Counted from the stretch's first letter, positions 1 to 7,464 are shown. The stretch: DNA of 64,000 nt from Candidatus Omnitrophota bacterium (GCA_963828495.1 CAWHFJ010000017.1:20342-84341), one strand, 5' to 3'. Translations and numbers: made by a program. Notes: a model not told the origin generated them from the sequence alone.

Positions 1-2
1 CT

Positions 3-296
3 ATCTGGGATTATGTGCGCAAGCATCATGGCTATGTCTGTTACTATACCGGGGTCGGGCTTGATTGCGTCAACCGCAGAAGCCCCTGGTATTGTGTCTT
101 TGACCACTATATCCCCGGCGATCCCAGCAAGGTGGTGCTTACTTCAGCCTTGGTCAATACCATGAAATCCGACCAAACCGAAGATGAATTCTGGGATAAT
201 GTCTTTCAGCTGGCTGACTATAAAAGAAAGCACAAAAAGTTCATCAAGAAATCCATCATCCATTGGTACCGTCTTTATCCGCTAAAGGGGAGATAA
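3..296 (+). CDS. HNH endonuclease-like protein, 5' end outside window
   Basis: The frame stays open to the window edge. CYYTG...FDHYIPGD...VLTSALVNTMKSD resembles the Cys/His...Asn HNH core. Confidence 0.45.
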   Translation: MWDYVRKHHGYVCYYTGVGLDCVNRRSPWYCVFDHYIPGDPSKVVLTSALVNTMKSDQTEDEFWDNVFQLADYKRKHKKFIKKSIIHWYRLYPLKGR

Positions 297-332
297 TTTG
301 ATTGACTTATGATCATTTCGGAGATTAAAATA

Positions 333-341
333 TGCTATACT
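333..341 (+). promoter_or_regulatory. Extended -10 promoter (TGcTATACT) upstream of hicB
   Basis: TGnTATACT lies 19 nt upstream of ATG 360. The same -10 flavour recurs at 31508, 37788 and 63265. Confidence 0.35.
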
Positions 342-359
342 TTTATTGAAAGGATAATC

Positions 360-662
360 ATGCAACCTATTGCAACAAGTTTACCAGTCGATTTTTATAA
401 AGAAGGCGGGCAATTTATTGCCTATTGTCCTGCTTTGGATATTTCGACTTGTGGAGATACTTTTGAAGAGGCTAAGAAAAATTTTAGTGAATTATTAGAT
501 GCTTTCGTTACTGAAACCACTAAAATGGGTACTCTGGAAGCAGTTCTATTAGAATGTGGTTGGGAAAAAGTAACTACTACTTCTACACTTGCTTGGGAAC
601 CTCCTATGAGGCAATTTATCGCAGAAACAGTGCAACAGGTTAATTTGCCGTGCCCCACCTAA
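360..662 (+). CDS. hicB: HicB-family antitoxin (UPF0150 fold)
   Basis: ATG 360 is preceded by AAAGGA. FIAYCPALDISTCGDTFEEAKKNFSELLDAF is typical of the HicB N-terminal domain. It overlaps the HicA-like gene by 13 nt. Confidence 0.7.
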   Translation: MQPIATSLPVDFYKEGGQFIAYCPALDISTCGDTFEEAKKNFSELLDAFVTETTKMGTLEAVLLECGWEKVTTTSTLAWEPPMRQFIAETVQQVNLPCPT

Positions 663-880
663 CTCCAATTGATTTTAAAACATTTCACAAATTTTTAATT
701 TATATTGGTTGTGTTTTTATTCGTAAACATGGCAGCCATTGCATATATAGTCGTTCAGACCTCAAGAGACCAATTGTTGTTCCTGAGAGAAAAGAAATTC
801 CCACTTTTGTTATTTTGAATAATTTGAGATTGCTCAATATCCCCAAAGAAAAATATTTAAAAATATTAGAACAGCTTTAA
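650..880 (+). CDS. hicA: HicA-family mRNA interferase toxin
   Basis: GTG start. RKHGSHCIY...PIVVPERKEIPTFVILNNLRLLNI matches the HicA (YcfA) GSH and basic beta-strand motifs. Confidence 0.7.
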   Translation: MPHLTPIDFKTFHKFLIYIGCVFIRKHGSHCIYSRSDLKRPIVVPERKEIPTFVILNNLRLLNIPKEKYLKILEQL

Positions 881-940
881 AATTGGCGTCCATAAATAAT
901 AGGAGGCATCGCCCTATTATTTGGCGTGTTATAATTCCTT

Positions 941-976
941 ACCAGCCACTGATTCGTTTATTGGCTGGTTTTTTAT
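941..976 (+). terminator. Rho-independent terminator
   Basis: ACCAGCCA (941-948) pairs with TGGCTGGT (962-969) and is followed by a T-run. Confidence 0.6.
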
Positions 977-980
977 TTCT

Positions 981-1034
981 GTAACTCTCCCATTGCAAGG
1001 GGTTTTTTTGGCGAAAGCGGCCCAAAACCCGATT
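981..1034 (+). repeat. Dispersed ~53-nt repeat, copy 1 (partner at 10517-10569)
   Basis: GTAACTCTCCCATTGCAAGGGGTTTTTTTGGCGAAAGCGGCCCAAAACCCGATT is roughly 80% identical by eye to the copy inside the island. Both follow a terminator T-run. Confidence 0.6.
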
Positions 1035-1088
1035 AAAATCACCGCCTTTGGCGGGGTCTTCGACATTCGGGGGAGAAAATAATCATTA

Positions 1089-1117
1089 TTGGAAAAAAAG
1101 TCTTATTTATGTATAAT
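1089..1117 (+). promoter_or_regulatory. Near-consensus sigma70 promoter; presumed native tRNA-Pro promoter now stranded at attL
   Basis: TTGGAA (1089-1094), 17-nt spacer, TATAAT (1112-1117). It sits 19 nt upstream of the truncated tRNA copy. Confidence 0.6.
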
Positions 1118-1135
1118 ACTTAATCTTTGACTTGG

Positions 1136-1176
1136 CGGGACGTAGCGCAGTTGGATTAGCGCACTTGAATGGGGTT
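1136..1176 (+). repeat. attL: 41-nt copy of the 5' half of tRNA-Pro(GGG)
   Basis: Identical to 12158-12198 (acceptor 5' strand through the anticodon loop). It diverges immediately afterwards, so it is not a functional tRNA. Confidence 0.9.
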
Positions 1177-1293
1177 GCTTCCAGGGCATTTTTACAACTT
1201 CTTTAAGCGCTGCAATTTATCGCATTCCTCGTCGACAAATAGCCATTTTTATTTTAACCTCTTAGAACGTCTTTTAACCTCTTTAGGCGCCAG

Positions 1294-1313
1294 ATGGACA
1301 CTTTTTGGACACT
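1294..1313 (+). promoter_or_regulatory. Putative integrase arm-type site (TGGACAC-TTTT-TGGACAC)
   Basis: ATGGACACTTTTTGGACACT is identical to 12066-12085. The heptamer doublet has 11-bp spacing. Confidence 0.5.
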
Positions 1314-1385
1314 AAAATTATGAAAAATATTTACACTACAAATTTCATTTTTGTATATAATGTAGTGTAAAAGGAGGGTTTTAAT

Positions 1386-1691
1386 ATGAGCGTTTTAAAA
1401 GGAATTCTTTCGGAAAGTCAGGAATATTATTTAAATATTAAGGATAAGATTAATCGTAAACTGTCTGATTTGCCTAAGGGAAGTATTAAGGAAAGAATTA
1501 TAGCGGGCAAGAAATATTATTATTTACAGCAGCGGATTTTAAACAAAATTGTTCACAAATATTTGGGTAAGCAAAAGCCGGAAGATTTAATTAAAAAATT
1601 ACAATTACGTAAATCCATGCGGAATGAATTAAAGAAAGTGGATGAAGCATTAAAATTGTTAAAGCGTAGCAGAGGGAGTGGCCGTGGATGA
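1386..1691 (+). CDS. Small basic coiled-coil protein, putative partner (antitoxin-like) of the downstream nucleotidyltransferase
   Basis: AAGGAGGG RBS. KGSIKERIIAGKKYYYLQQR motif. 14-nt overlap with the next gene. Confidence 0.45.
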   Translation: MSVLKGILSESQEYYLNIKDKINRKLSDLPKGSIKERIIAGKKYYYLQQRILNKIVHKYLGKQKPEDLIKKLQLRKSMRNELKKVDEALKLLKRSRGSGRG

Positions 1692-2370
1692 TATTATTTA
1701 TAAGATTCTTGAAGTGTTCAAAAAGAATAAACTGTTTGATGAAGGGGTTGAACTGATTGGAAGTTGGTCGTTTCTTCTTTACCAAAAACATTTGGATGCA
1801 CCTCAATTCCCTTTGAGGACACAAGACATTGATTTTCTTGTTCCTAATCCTTTTAAAGGTAAGGACCACCTTGGCCTTATTGATGAATTAATGGCTTTAG
1901 GCTTTCAAAAAGACTTTAGAAGAAATGGGTCGATATTTTTATATAATGCAGAATTGCTCATTGAATTTATAACTCCGGAAAAAGGGAGAGGAGTTGAGGA
2001 AGCAATTAATGTTAAGAAATTGGGACTAAGAGCAATACCATTAAGATTTGTGAGTTTATTGCTGGATGATCCAATAACCATTATAGACAACGGGATAGCA
2101 ATATTAGTGCCAAATCCTGTAAACTTTTGTCTTCATAAGCTTATAGTCTCGAGTCGACGTAGAAAATCTGAAAAGGCACTCAAAGATTTCCAACATGCGC
2201 TCTATACCTCAGCAATTGTGGAAAAAAAAGACCTATTAAAGCTGTTTGTAAGTTTACCGAAACCTTGGCAAAAATCTATTTTGAATGTTTTAGATAAATA
2301 CACCGATATTTTACCATTGGAAATTGACTATATAGAAGCCCTTAAGGTTACACTACAAATTATGAAATAA
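1678..2370 (+). CDS. Nucleotidyltransferase-fold protein (AbiEii/GSU2403-like)
   Basis: GTG start with a GGGAG RBS. GSWSF-x18-TQDIDFLV is the minimal NTase G[GS]...DxD signature. Confidence 0.55.
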   Translation: MAVDDIIYKILEVFKKNKLFDEGVELIGSWSFLLYQKHLDAPQFPLRTQDIDFLVPNPFKGKDHLGLIDELMALGFQKDFRRNGSIFLYNAELLIEFITPEKGRGVEEAINVKKLGLRAIPLRFVSLLLDDPITIIDNGIAILVPNPVNFCLHKLIVSSRRRKSEKALKDFQHALYTSAIVEKKDLLKLFVSLPKPWQKSILNVLDKYTDILPLEIDYIEALKVTLQIMK

Positions 2371-2542
2371 CAAAGTTTGTAGGGTAAAAGTCGGAGAGAA
2401 CCTGATTTGTAATGAGTTTTCGCCCTTTTTCCATTCCGTATGCCCTCCATGGAGTTGCGATAAAACCAGCTTTTACCGTCGGGGCACAAAAATTACCTCT
2501 TTAAACGTCTTTTAAGATTTTTTAACCACCTCGAATTTAAAA

Positions 2543-2560
2543 TGGACACAATTTGGACAC
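2543..2560 (+). promoter_or_regulatory. Third TGGACAC doublet (TGGACAC-AATT-TGGACAC)
   Basis: Same heptamer doublet and spacing as 1295-1312. It is preceded by the same ACCTCTTnnAACGTCTTTTAA box (2495-2515 versus 1257-1277). Confidence 0.4.
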
Positions 2561-2576
2561 CAAAAAGGGGGCCAAT

Positions 2577-2798
2577 ATGTTCACTACCAAACTAAGCGAC
2601 ATTCGTTTTGACCGAAAATCCAAGGCCATTTTATGGGTAGAAGCGGCGGTTTTTACGGTGATTTACGGGCTGATGTTTAAAACATGGTTGGTTACGGCTG
2701 GAATGGCCCTAGTGGCGACTTTCTTTATGAAGCAAGCCCCGGACACAGGCTTATATGGTGTATTGGATGAGTTTCTTATGGAGTCCTATATTCTTTAG
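2577..2798 (+). CDS. Small membrane protein (2 predicted TM helices)
   Basis: ATG 2577 with a GGGGG RBS. Hydrophobic stretches AILWVEAAVFTVIYGLMF and LVTAGMALVATFF. Confidence 0.4.
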   Translation: MFTTKLSDIRFDRKSKAILWVEAAVFTVIYGLMFKTWLVTAGMALVATFFMKQAPDTGLYGVLDEFLMESYIL

Positions 2799-2982
2799 CA
2801 TTGGTTTTGCTATTGCTGGATGGATTGGGGGCTTTGTTTTAGGTGGATGGGTGATCTTTAACGGAATTAAGCTTCATTGGAGGGACTTAAAACGCTCACA
2901 GGAAGATGAGAGCATAGAAACCTATGTCAATGCTGTGAATTGGAGGCAGAATTGGCATTTGGGGCCACAGAACATGAACTGA
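2755..2982 (+). CDS. Small membrane protein; overlaps the previous ORF by 44 nt (possibly one frameshifted gene)
   Basis: FFSIGFAIAGWIGGFVLGGWVIF is a TM segment. No recognisable family. Confidence 0.35.
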   Translation: MVYWMSFLWSPIFFSIGFAIAGWIGGFVLGGWVIFNGIKLHWRDLKRSQEDESIETYVNAVNWRQNWHLGPQNMN

Positions 2983-3093
2983 AGTAGTCTCTCGTTATAA
3001 TCAAACCAAATATTAAATCCTGTTTGTCAAAGCCTGTAATATTACAAGCATCCTTATTTTATTATCCCCAAAAATTATAATTTCCATAAATAA

Positions 3094-3120
3094 GGGAATA
3101 ACTTGTTAAAAGTTATTCCC
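3094..3120. promoter_or_regulatory. Perfect 11-bp inverted repeat (GGGAATAACTT-n5-AAGTTATTCCC), candidate operator
   Basis: Palindrome located 60 bp upstream of the -35 of the DeoR-family gene promoter. Confidence 0.4.
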
Positions 3121-3179
3121 CAAAAGTTAAAAATTGGCGCTCTCTTAATAGACTGATAAAGTTTACTCTCTAATTTTAC

Positions 3180-3207
3180 TTGACAGATTTTTACCCTCTG
3201 GTAATAT
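3180..3207 (+). promoter_or_regulatory. Sigma70-type promoter of the DeoR-family gene
   Basis: TTGACA (3180-3185), 16-nt spacer, TAATAT (3202-3207). Confidence 0.6.
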
Positions 3208-3234
3208 AGTCCCTTTAAGAGGGGTTGGAAGAAT

Positions 3235-4134
3235 ATGAAAACTAAAGACGAAATCTACGAGCGATACAAAAAAATATTGGAGGCTTTTACCCAAAAATCT
3301 GAATTGTCAAATCAGGATATTCAGGGAAGATTGGGGAATGTCACCGACAAGGTTCTTTGGCAAGATATTATGGCGCTGGAAAAAATGGGCCTAATACAGA
3401 GGTTCCGTGGTGGGGCAAGGTCAAATATATTTGCTGGAAAAAATACTGAATTTTATCGCCGTTTAGCTGAAAATCGGGAGGGCAAAGAAGTCATTGCTAG
3501 TAAGGCAATTGAAATATTTCTTAATAAAAATAAGACTGATTCAAAAATTTGTATTTTTTTGGATAGCGGATCAACAAACCTCATTTTATTTAAGGGAATC
3601 ATTAATGACCCATCTTTAAAAAATGTCGTCTTTAAAATTGTTAGCCATAACGTTACCTTCGCCCATGAATGTTGTCCAGAGAACATTTTACTGATCCTCT
3701 CCGGTGGTATATATTCAAGCCAAGATGAGTGTATGGTCGATAGAGCCGTGGAGATTTTTCCTAGTTATCCCGCAAGATTTGCTTTTCTATCGGCAAGTAA
3801 TTTGAGTTATACGGGAGGTCTCTTGGGCTACAATGCTGGTGAAAGTAAGGTTAAAAAAGCGATGATTCAAAATGCGGAGGAATTGGTCATATTAGCCGAC
3901 CACTCTAAATTCAGGTTTACAGGTGGAGAGTTAATTGCTAAATTTCAATGGTTTACCGACGGTGCCAAGGTTCTTAAGCTTGTTTCCAAGGAGGGGAATT
4001 TCTCTAAGCCAGTAAAAATAGTTACGGATGCTCATGAAAATAAAGCTGATATTTTAAAAGGATTTATTGATCTAGAAAAAGGTATAACGGAGGGAATCGT
4101 GGAAGAGTTTATTCTTTTTGCTCAGAAAAAATGA
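3235..4134 (+). CDS. DeoR/GlpR-family transcriptional regulator (wHTH plus DeoRC sugar-phosphate sensor domain)
   Basis: N-terminal SNQDIQGRLGNVTDKVLWQDIMALEKMGLIQRFRGGA HTH. C-terminal IFLDSGSTNL and LVILADHSKF motifs typical of DeoRC. Confidence 0.7.
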   Translation: MKTKDEIYERYKKILEAFTQKSELSNQDIQGRLGNVTDKVLWQDIMALEKMGLIQRFRGGARSNIFAGKNTEFYRRLAENREGKEVIASKAIEIFLNKNKTDSKICIFLDSGSTNLILFKGIINDPSLKNVVFKIVSHNVTFAHECCPENILLILSGGIYSSQDECMVDRAVEIFPSYPARFAFLSASNLSYTGGLLGYNAGESKVKKAMIQNAEELVILADHSKFRFTGGELIAKFQWFTDGAKVLKLVSKEGNFSKPVKIVTDAHENKADILKGFIDLEKGITEGIVEEFILFAQKK

Positions 4135-4379
4135 CTTTATATAAAGATGCGGTGTACATGGCTCGCGACCACATACACCGCTAAACGACAATCAGACCGG
4201 GTAGGCCTTATGCCGTTTTTTTTGCTGTTGGAAGTATAGCATTATAGGGTTCTGTCTTCAAGTCTGAAGAACAAAAAGGCTAATGCGCAGAAAGATGGAT
4301 CTTTTTTTGCGTTATAAATCTAAATTAGAACGGTAAAGGCAGGATTAATTTCTCAATTTAGCTTCATAAGGATTAATAA

Positions 4380-5516
4380 ATGATAAAAGAGGTAACCCGA
4401 TATATTAAAAAAGAAGTTGAACGTGAATTATGGGCTCGAGCGGCGGGTCGCTGTCAATTCGACGGTTGCAATAGGATTCTTTATAGATCTCCGGTAACTA
4501 AGGAACGAGTTAACATCGCAGAAAAAGCACATATTTATTCTTTTTCTGAACATGGCCCACGAGGATGGGGACCCTTTATTACAAATACAAACGCTTTGAA
4601 CAATATTTCAAACTTAATGTTAATGTGCCATGATTGCCATGAAAAAATTGATCAAGATGAGAAAGGGATCAGATATTCTGCCGGACTCTTACTAGAGTGG
4701 AAACTTAAACATGAACGACGTATAGAAATTGTTACATGTTTTGCTCCGGATAAAGAATCACATTTGGTTATATATGGTGCTAACATTGGAGAAGAAAAAT
4801 CTCCACTACAGGAAATGGCAGCGGTAGATGCAATGTTCTCTGATTGGTATCCGGCAGAAGAGAAGGCAATAAGCCTTTCAATGCATTGGGAACAAGAAGA
4901 TAGAAATGCAGAATATTGGGCAATGGAAAGGGACAATTTAAAAACGATTTTTGAGCGAAATATAATTCCTAAAATAAGGGAGAATAATCCGGCACATTTT
5001 TCTCTTTTCGCTTTTGCCCCTCAACCATTGCTTATTTATTTAGGGCATTTATTTACTGATAAAATACCTGTTAATGTCTATCAATTACATCGTGAGCCAA
5101 TTACATGGAAATGGCAGCCTCACCCTGAAGGTTTCGAGTATATTGTTAATCGGCCATCAGACACGAAGAATCAATCGGTTTTAATTATTTCTCTTAGTGG
5201 CAAAATTACCCGTGACCGTATTACTTCAATTATGGGAGATAATATCAGTATTTGGGAGCTCACTATAGAGAAACCCAATAACGATTTTTTGCAATCTCAA
5301 GCACAGTTATCAATGTTTCGAGTGGTTCTGCGTCGTCTTATGGTTGAGATAAAAGAAAAACATGGTCAACAGACAGTATTGCATATATTTCCTGCAATGC
5401 CTATTGCATGTGCTGTGGAATTTGGAAGAATTCGGATGCCTAAAGCAGATATGCCTTGGGTAATTTATGACCAGAACAATAAGGAAAAAACATTTATTAA
5501 AGCATTACAAATATAG
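4380..5516 (+). CDS. cap5: CBASS effector Cap5 (HNH endonuclease fused to a SAVED sensor domain)
   Basis: CQFDGC...KAHIYSF...NLMLMCHDCHEKID forms the HNH core with zinc knuckles. The C-terminal ~250 aa are SAVED-like (LFAFAPQPLLIYLGHLF...YQLHREP.TWKW). Confidence 0.75.
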   Translation: MIKEVTRYIKKEVERELWARAAGRCQFDGCNRILYRSPVTKERVNIAEKAHIYSFSEHGPRGWGPFITNTNALNNISNLMLMCHDCHEKIDQDEKGIRYSAGLLLEWKLKHERRIEIVTCFAPDKESHLVIYGANIGEEKSPLQEMAAVDAMFSDWYPAEEKAISLSMHWEQEDRNAEYWAMERDNLKTIFERNIIPKIRENNPAHFSLFAFAPQPLLIYLGHLFTDKIPVNVYQLHREPITWKWQPHPEGFEYIVNRPSDTKNQSVLIISLSGKITRDRITSIMGDNISIWELTIEKPNNDFLQSQAQLSMFRVVLRRLMVEIKEKHGQQTVLHIFPAMPIACAVEFGRIRMPKADMPWVIYDQNNKEKTFIKALQI

Positions 5517-5526
5517 GAGGACGGAA

Positions 5527-6729
5527 ATGAATGATCAACAGAAATCTTTACTTATAGAATCCATAGTCCAGTCTTTGGAATTGCCGGATTCTGCGTATGA
5601 AAAAGCAAAATCACGATATGAGGATATTGGTGAATGGTTTGGTCGTGATGAATCACAGTTTAAAGGTAATAAGCCTCATATTTTTCCTCAAGGATCATTT
5701 CGTTTAGGGACAGCCATTTATCCCATAGACAAAAGTGAACCGTATGATCTTGATTTAGCATGTGAGCTACAAGTAGGCATTACAAAAAGGCTGTACACAC
5801 AGCAGCTATTCAAATCGAAAATGGGTAAAGAAATTGAAGATTATCGTGTAGCAAAAGGCATTAAGGCTCCAAAAGAAGAAAAACATCGATGCTGGCGTCT
5901 TAATTATGCCGATGCGGTGAGTTTTCATATAGATGTAGTTCCTTGTATCCCCGCTGATGCATCTAGAATGAATTCAATTCTTGAATCAATGAGAAAATTT
6001 GGTGAAAATGAATTTGTGGCGGCGTCCGTATCAAAATTGACCGTTTCAATCACGGACGACCAACACCCACAATATCCCCAAATATGTGATCAATGGTATG
6101 TTAGTAACCCGGAGGGTTATGCAAAATGGTTTGAATTTCGGATGAAGCAAGCACAAAGATTTCTTAATGAAAAGGTGGCGCTTTTTAAAGCAGCAGACAT
6201 CGATAAATTACCGACTTTCATGTGGAAGACGCCATTGCAACGTTGCATACAGATATTAAAGAGGCATCGGGACATAATGTTTAGGGATCAATCTGAGTTA
6301 AAGCCAATTTCGGTTATTATCACCACGCTTGCTGCTAAAGCATATAGCGGCGAAACGGACTTAAATCAAGCGATGCGGACAATACTGGCGAAAATGGGGG
6401 AATTTGTAAATAGTGATTTTCCAAAAGTCCCAAACCCAGTGAATCCTGGTGGCGAAGATTTTGCAGAGAAATGGGCAACAGATCGTCGTCTGGAGGAAAA
6501 TTTTTGGGCTTGGCTTCAACAAGCGGAAAATGATTTTAAAGAAATTGGAGATACAATGGATACGGGTCTTATTACGGGACAAATTTCTAAAAAATATTCG
6601 GTCAATCTGAATGAATCAGGCTTGCGGAAGCGACTGGGACTGGCTGACCAGCCGACTGATGCGGCTTTAAAATATTCAGGGCCAATAGTTGTTACCTCTA
6701 AACCATCGGGAAGGCATTACAGTCTTTAG
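5527..6729 (+). CDS. CD-NTase (cGAS/DncV-like nucleotidyltransferase, SMODS)
   Basis: AGGAGG RBS overlaps the cap5 stop. GSFRLGT-x12-YDLDL plus SFHIDVVP gives the G[S]...DxD...D catalytic triad. Confidence 0.8.
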   Translation: MNDQQKSLLIESIVQSLELPDSAYEKAKSRYEDIGEWFGRDESQFKGNKPHIFPQGSFRLGTAIYPIDKSEPYDLDLACELQVGITKRLYTQQLFKSKMGKEIEDYRVAKGIKAPKEEKHRCWRLNYADAVSFHIDVVPCIPADASRMNSILESMRKFGENEFVAASVSKLTVSITDDQHPQYPQICDQWYVSNPEGYAKWFEFRMKQAQRFLNEKVALFKAADIDKLPTFMWKTPLQRCIQILKRHRDIMFRDQSELKPISVIITTLAAKAYSGETDLNQAMRTILAKMGEFVNSDFPKVPNPVNPGGEDFAEKWATDRRLEENFWAWLQQAENDFKEIGDTMDTGLITGQISKKYSVNLNESGLRKRLGLADQPTDAALKYSGPIVVTSKPSGRHYSL

Positions 6730-6732
6730 ACT

Positions 6733-7464
6733 ATGAAAACGTTGTCTCCTGATGAGAAGAAGTGGCTTAATATTCGATTTCCAGAACTAAAAATTAATGA
6801 AAGTGAGAATGGATACACGCTTGCGGGTAACCTCATCGTAGATATGTTTTTTGATGAGACTTCGGACGATAGATATGTTATTTTTCCTGACGTAAGCGTG
6901 CATTCTTCCGAATACTACATTAGCGATGTCTATCAGGTTTTGGTTGATTACAAGAATGGTTATTTTGTTCCAGCAGTGCAGGAAACGTCTGGACGTATAA
7001 AGGCATTTGCCCTGCGGAGAAACATTAAATCACCTGATTTACATATTAATGACGATGGTAAGCTCTGCTTATGCCCAAAACCATTAGAAAAGGTAAGGCT
7101 TAATGATACATATACTATCCAAGATTTTTTTACGATTTTATTGATCCCATTTCTTTATGCGCAGAGTTACTTCGAAAAATTTAATCGCTGGCCATGGAAG
7201 GACTACAGTCATTATGATCTTGGAATTTTAGAATGTTACGCTAATTGTCTCTCACAGGCTCGAGATAAGAAACAGTTTGTAGAAGAAACAGTGGACTCCT
7301 TGAGTCCAAAGAATCAAACCGTTATTCGTTCAGCAGATAGAATAACTAGACAGTCGGTTTGTTTCTGTAATTCTGGAAGCAAGTTTCGGCAGTGTCATCC
7401 TGAGGCTTGGAAAGTTGCGAAAAGGCTGAAGGAGGAAATCCAAGCTCTATATACTAAGGCTTAA
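6733..7464 (+). CDS. E2-only Cap2-like protein with a C-terminal SEC-C-type metal motif
   Basis: DLHINDDGKLCLCP resembles the UBC/E2 HxN...G.hCh active site. CFCNSGSKFRQCH is SEC-C-like. The gene starts 3 nt after the CD-NTase stop. Confidence 0.55.
   Translation: MKTLSPDEKKWLNIRFPELKINESENGYTLAGNLIVDMFFDETSDDRYVIFPDVSVHSSEYYISDVYQVLVDYKNGYFVPAVQETSGRIKAFALRRNIKSPDLHINDDGKLCLCPKPLEKVRLNDTYTIQDFFTILLIPFLYAQSYFEKFNRWPWKDYSHYDLGILECYANCLSQARDKKQFVEETVDSLSPKNQTVIRSADRITRQSVCFCNSGSKFRQCHPEAWKVAKRLKEEIQALYTKA

Noticed and set aside
422-658. Antisense ORF inside hicB. Similar antisense or overlapping ORFs occur at 13188-13637(-), 16610-17059(-), 17490-17993(-), 27523-28029(+), 44214-44801(-), 46190-46669(-) and 59918-60319(+).
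   Set aside because: Each lies wholly inside a gene with strong family motifs on the other strand or in another frame. Their compositions are low-complexity or Arg/Ser/Pro-rich, as expected for shadow ORFs.
1136-1176. A second tRNA-Pro gene
   Set aside because: Only the first 41 nt match. The sequence diverges after the anticodon loop and lacks the anticodon 3' stem, T arm and acceptor 3' strand. It is an att-site remnant, not a gene.
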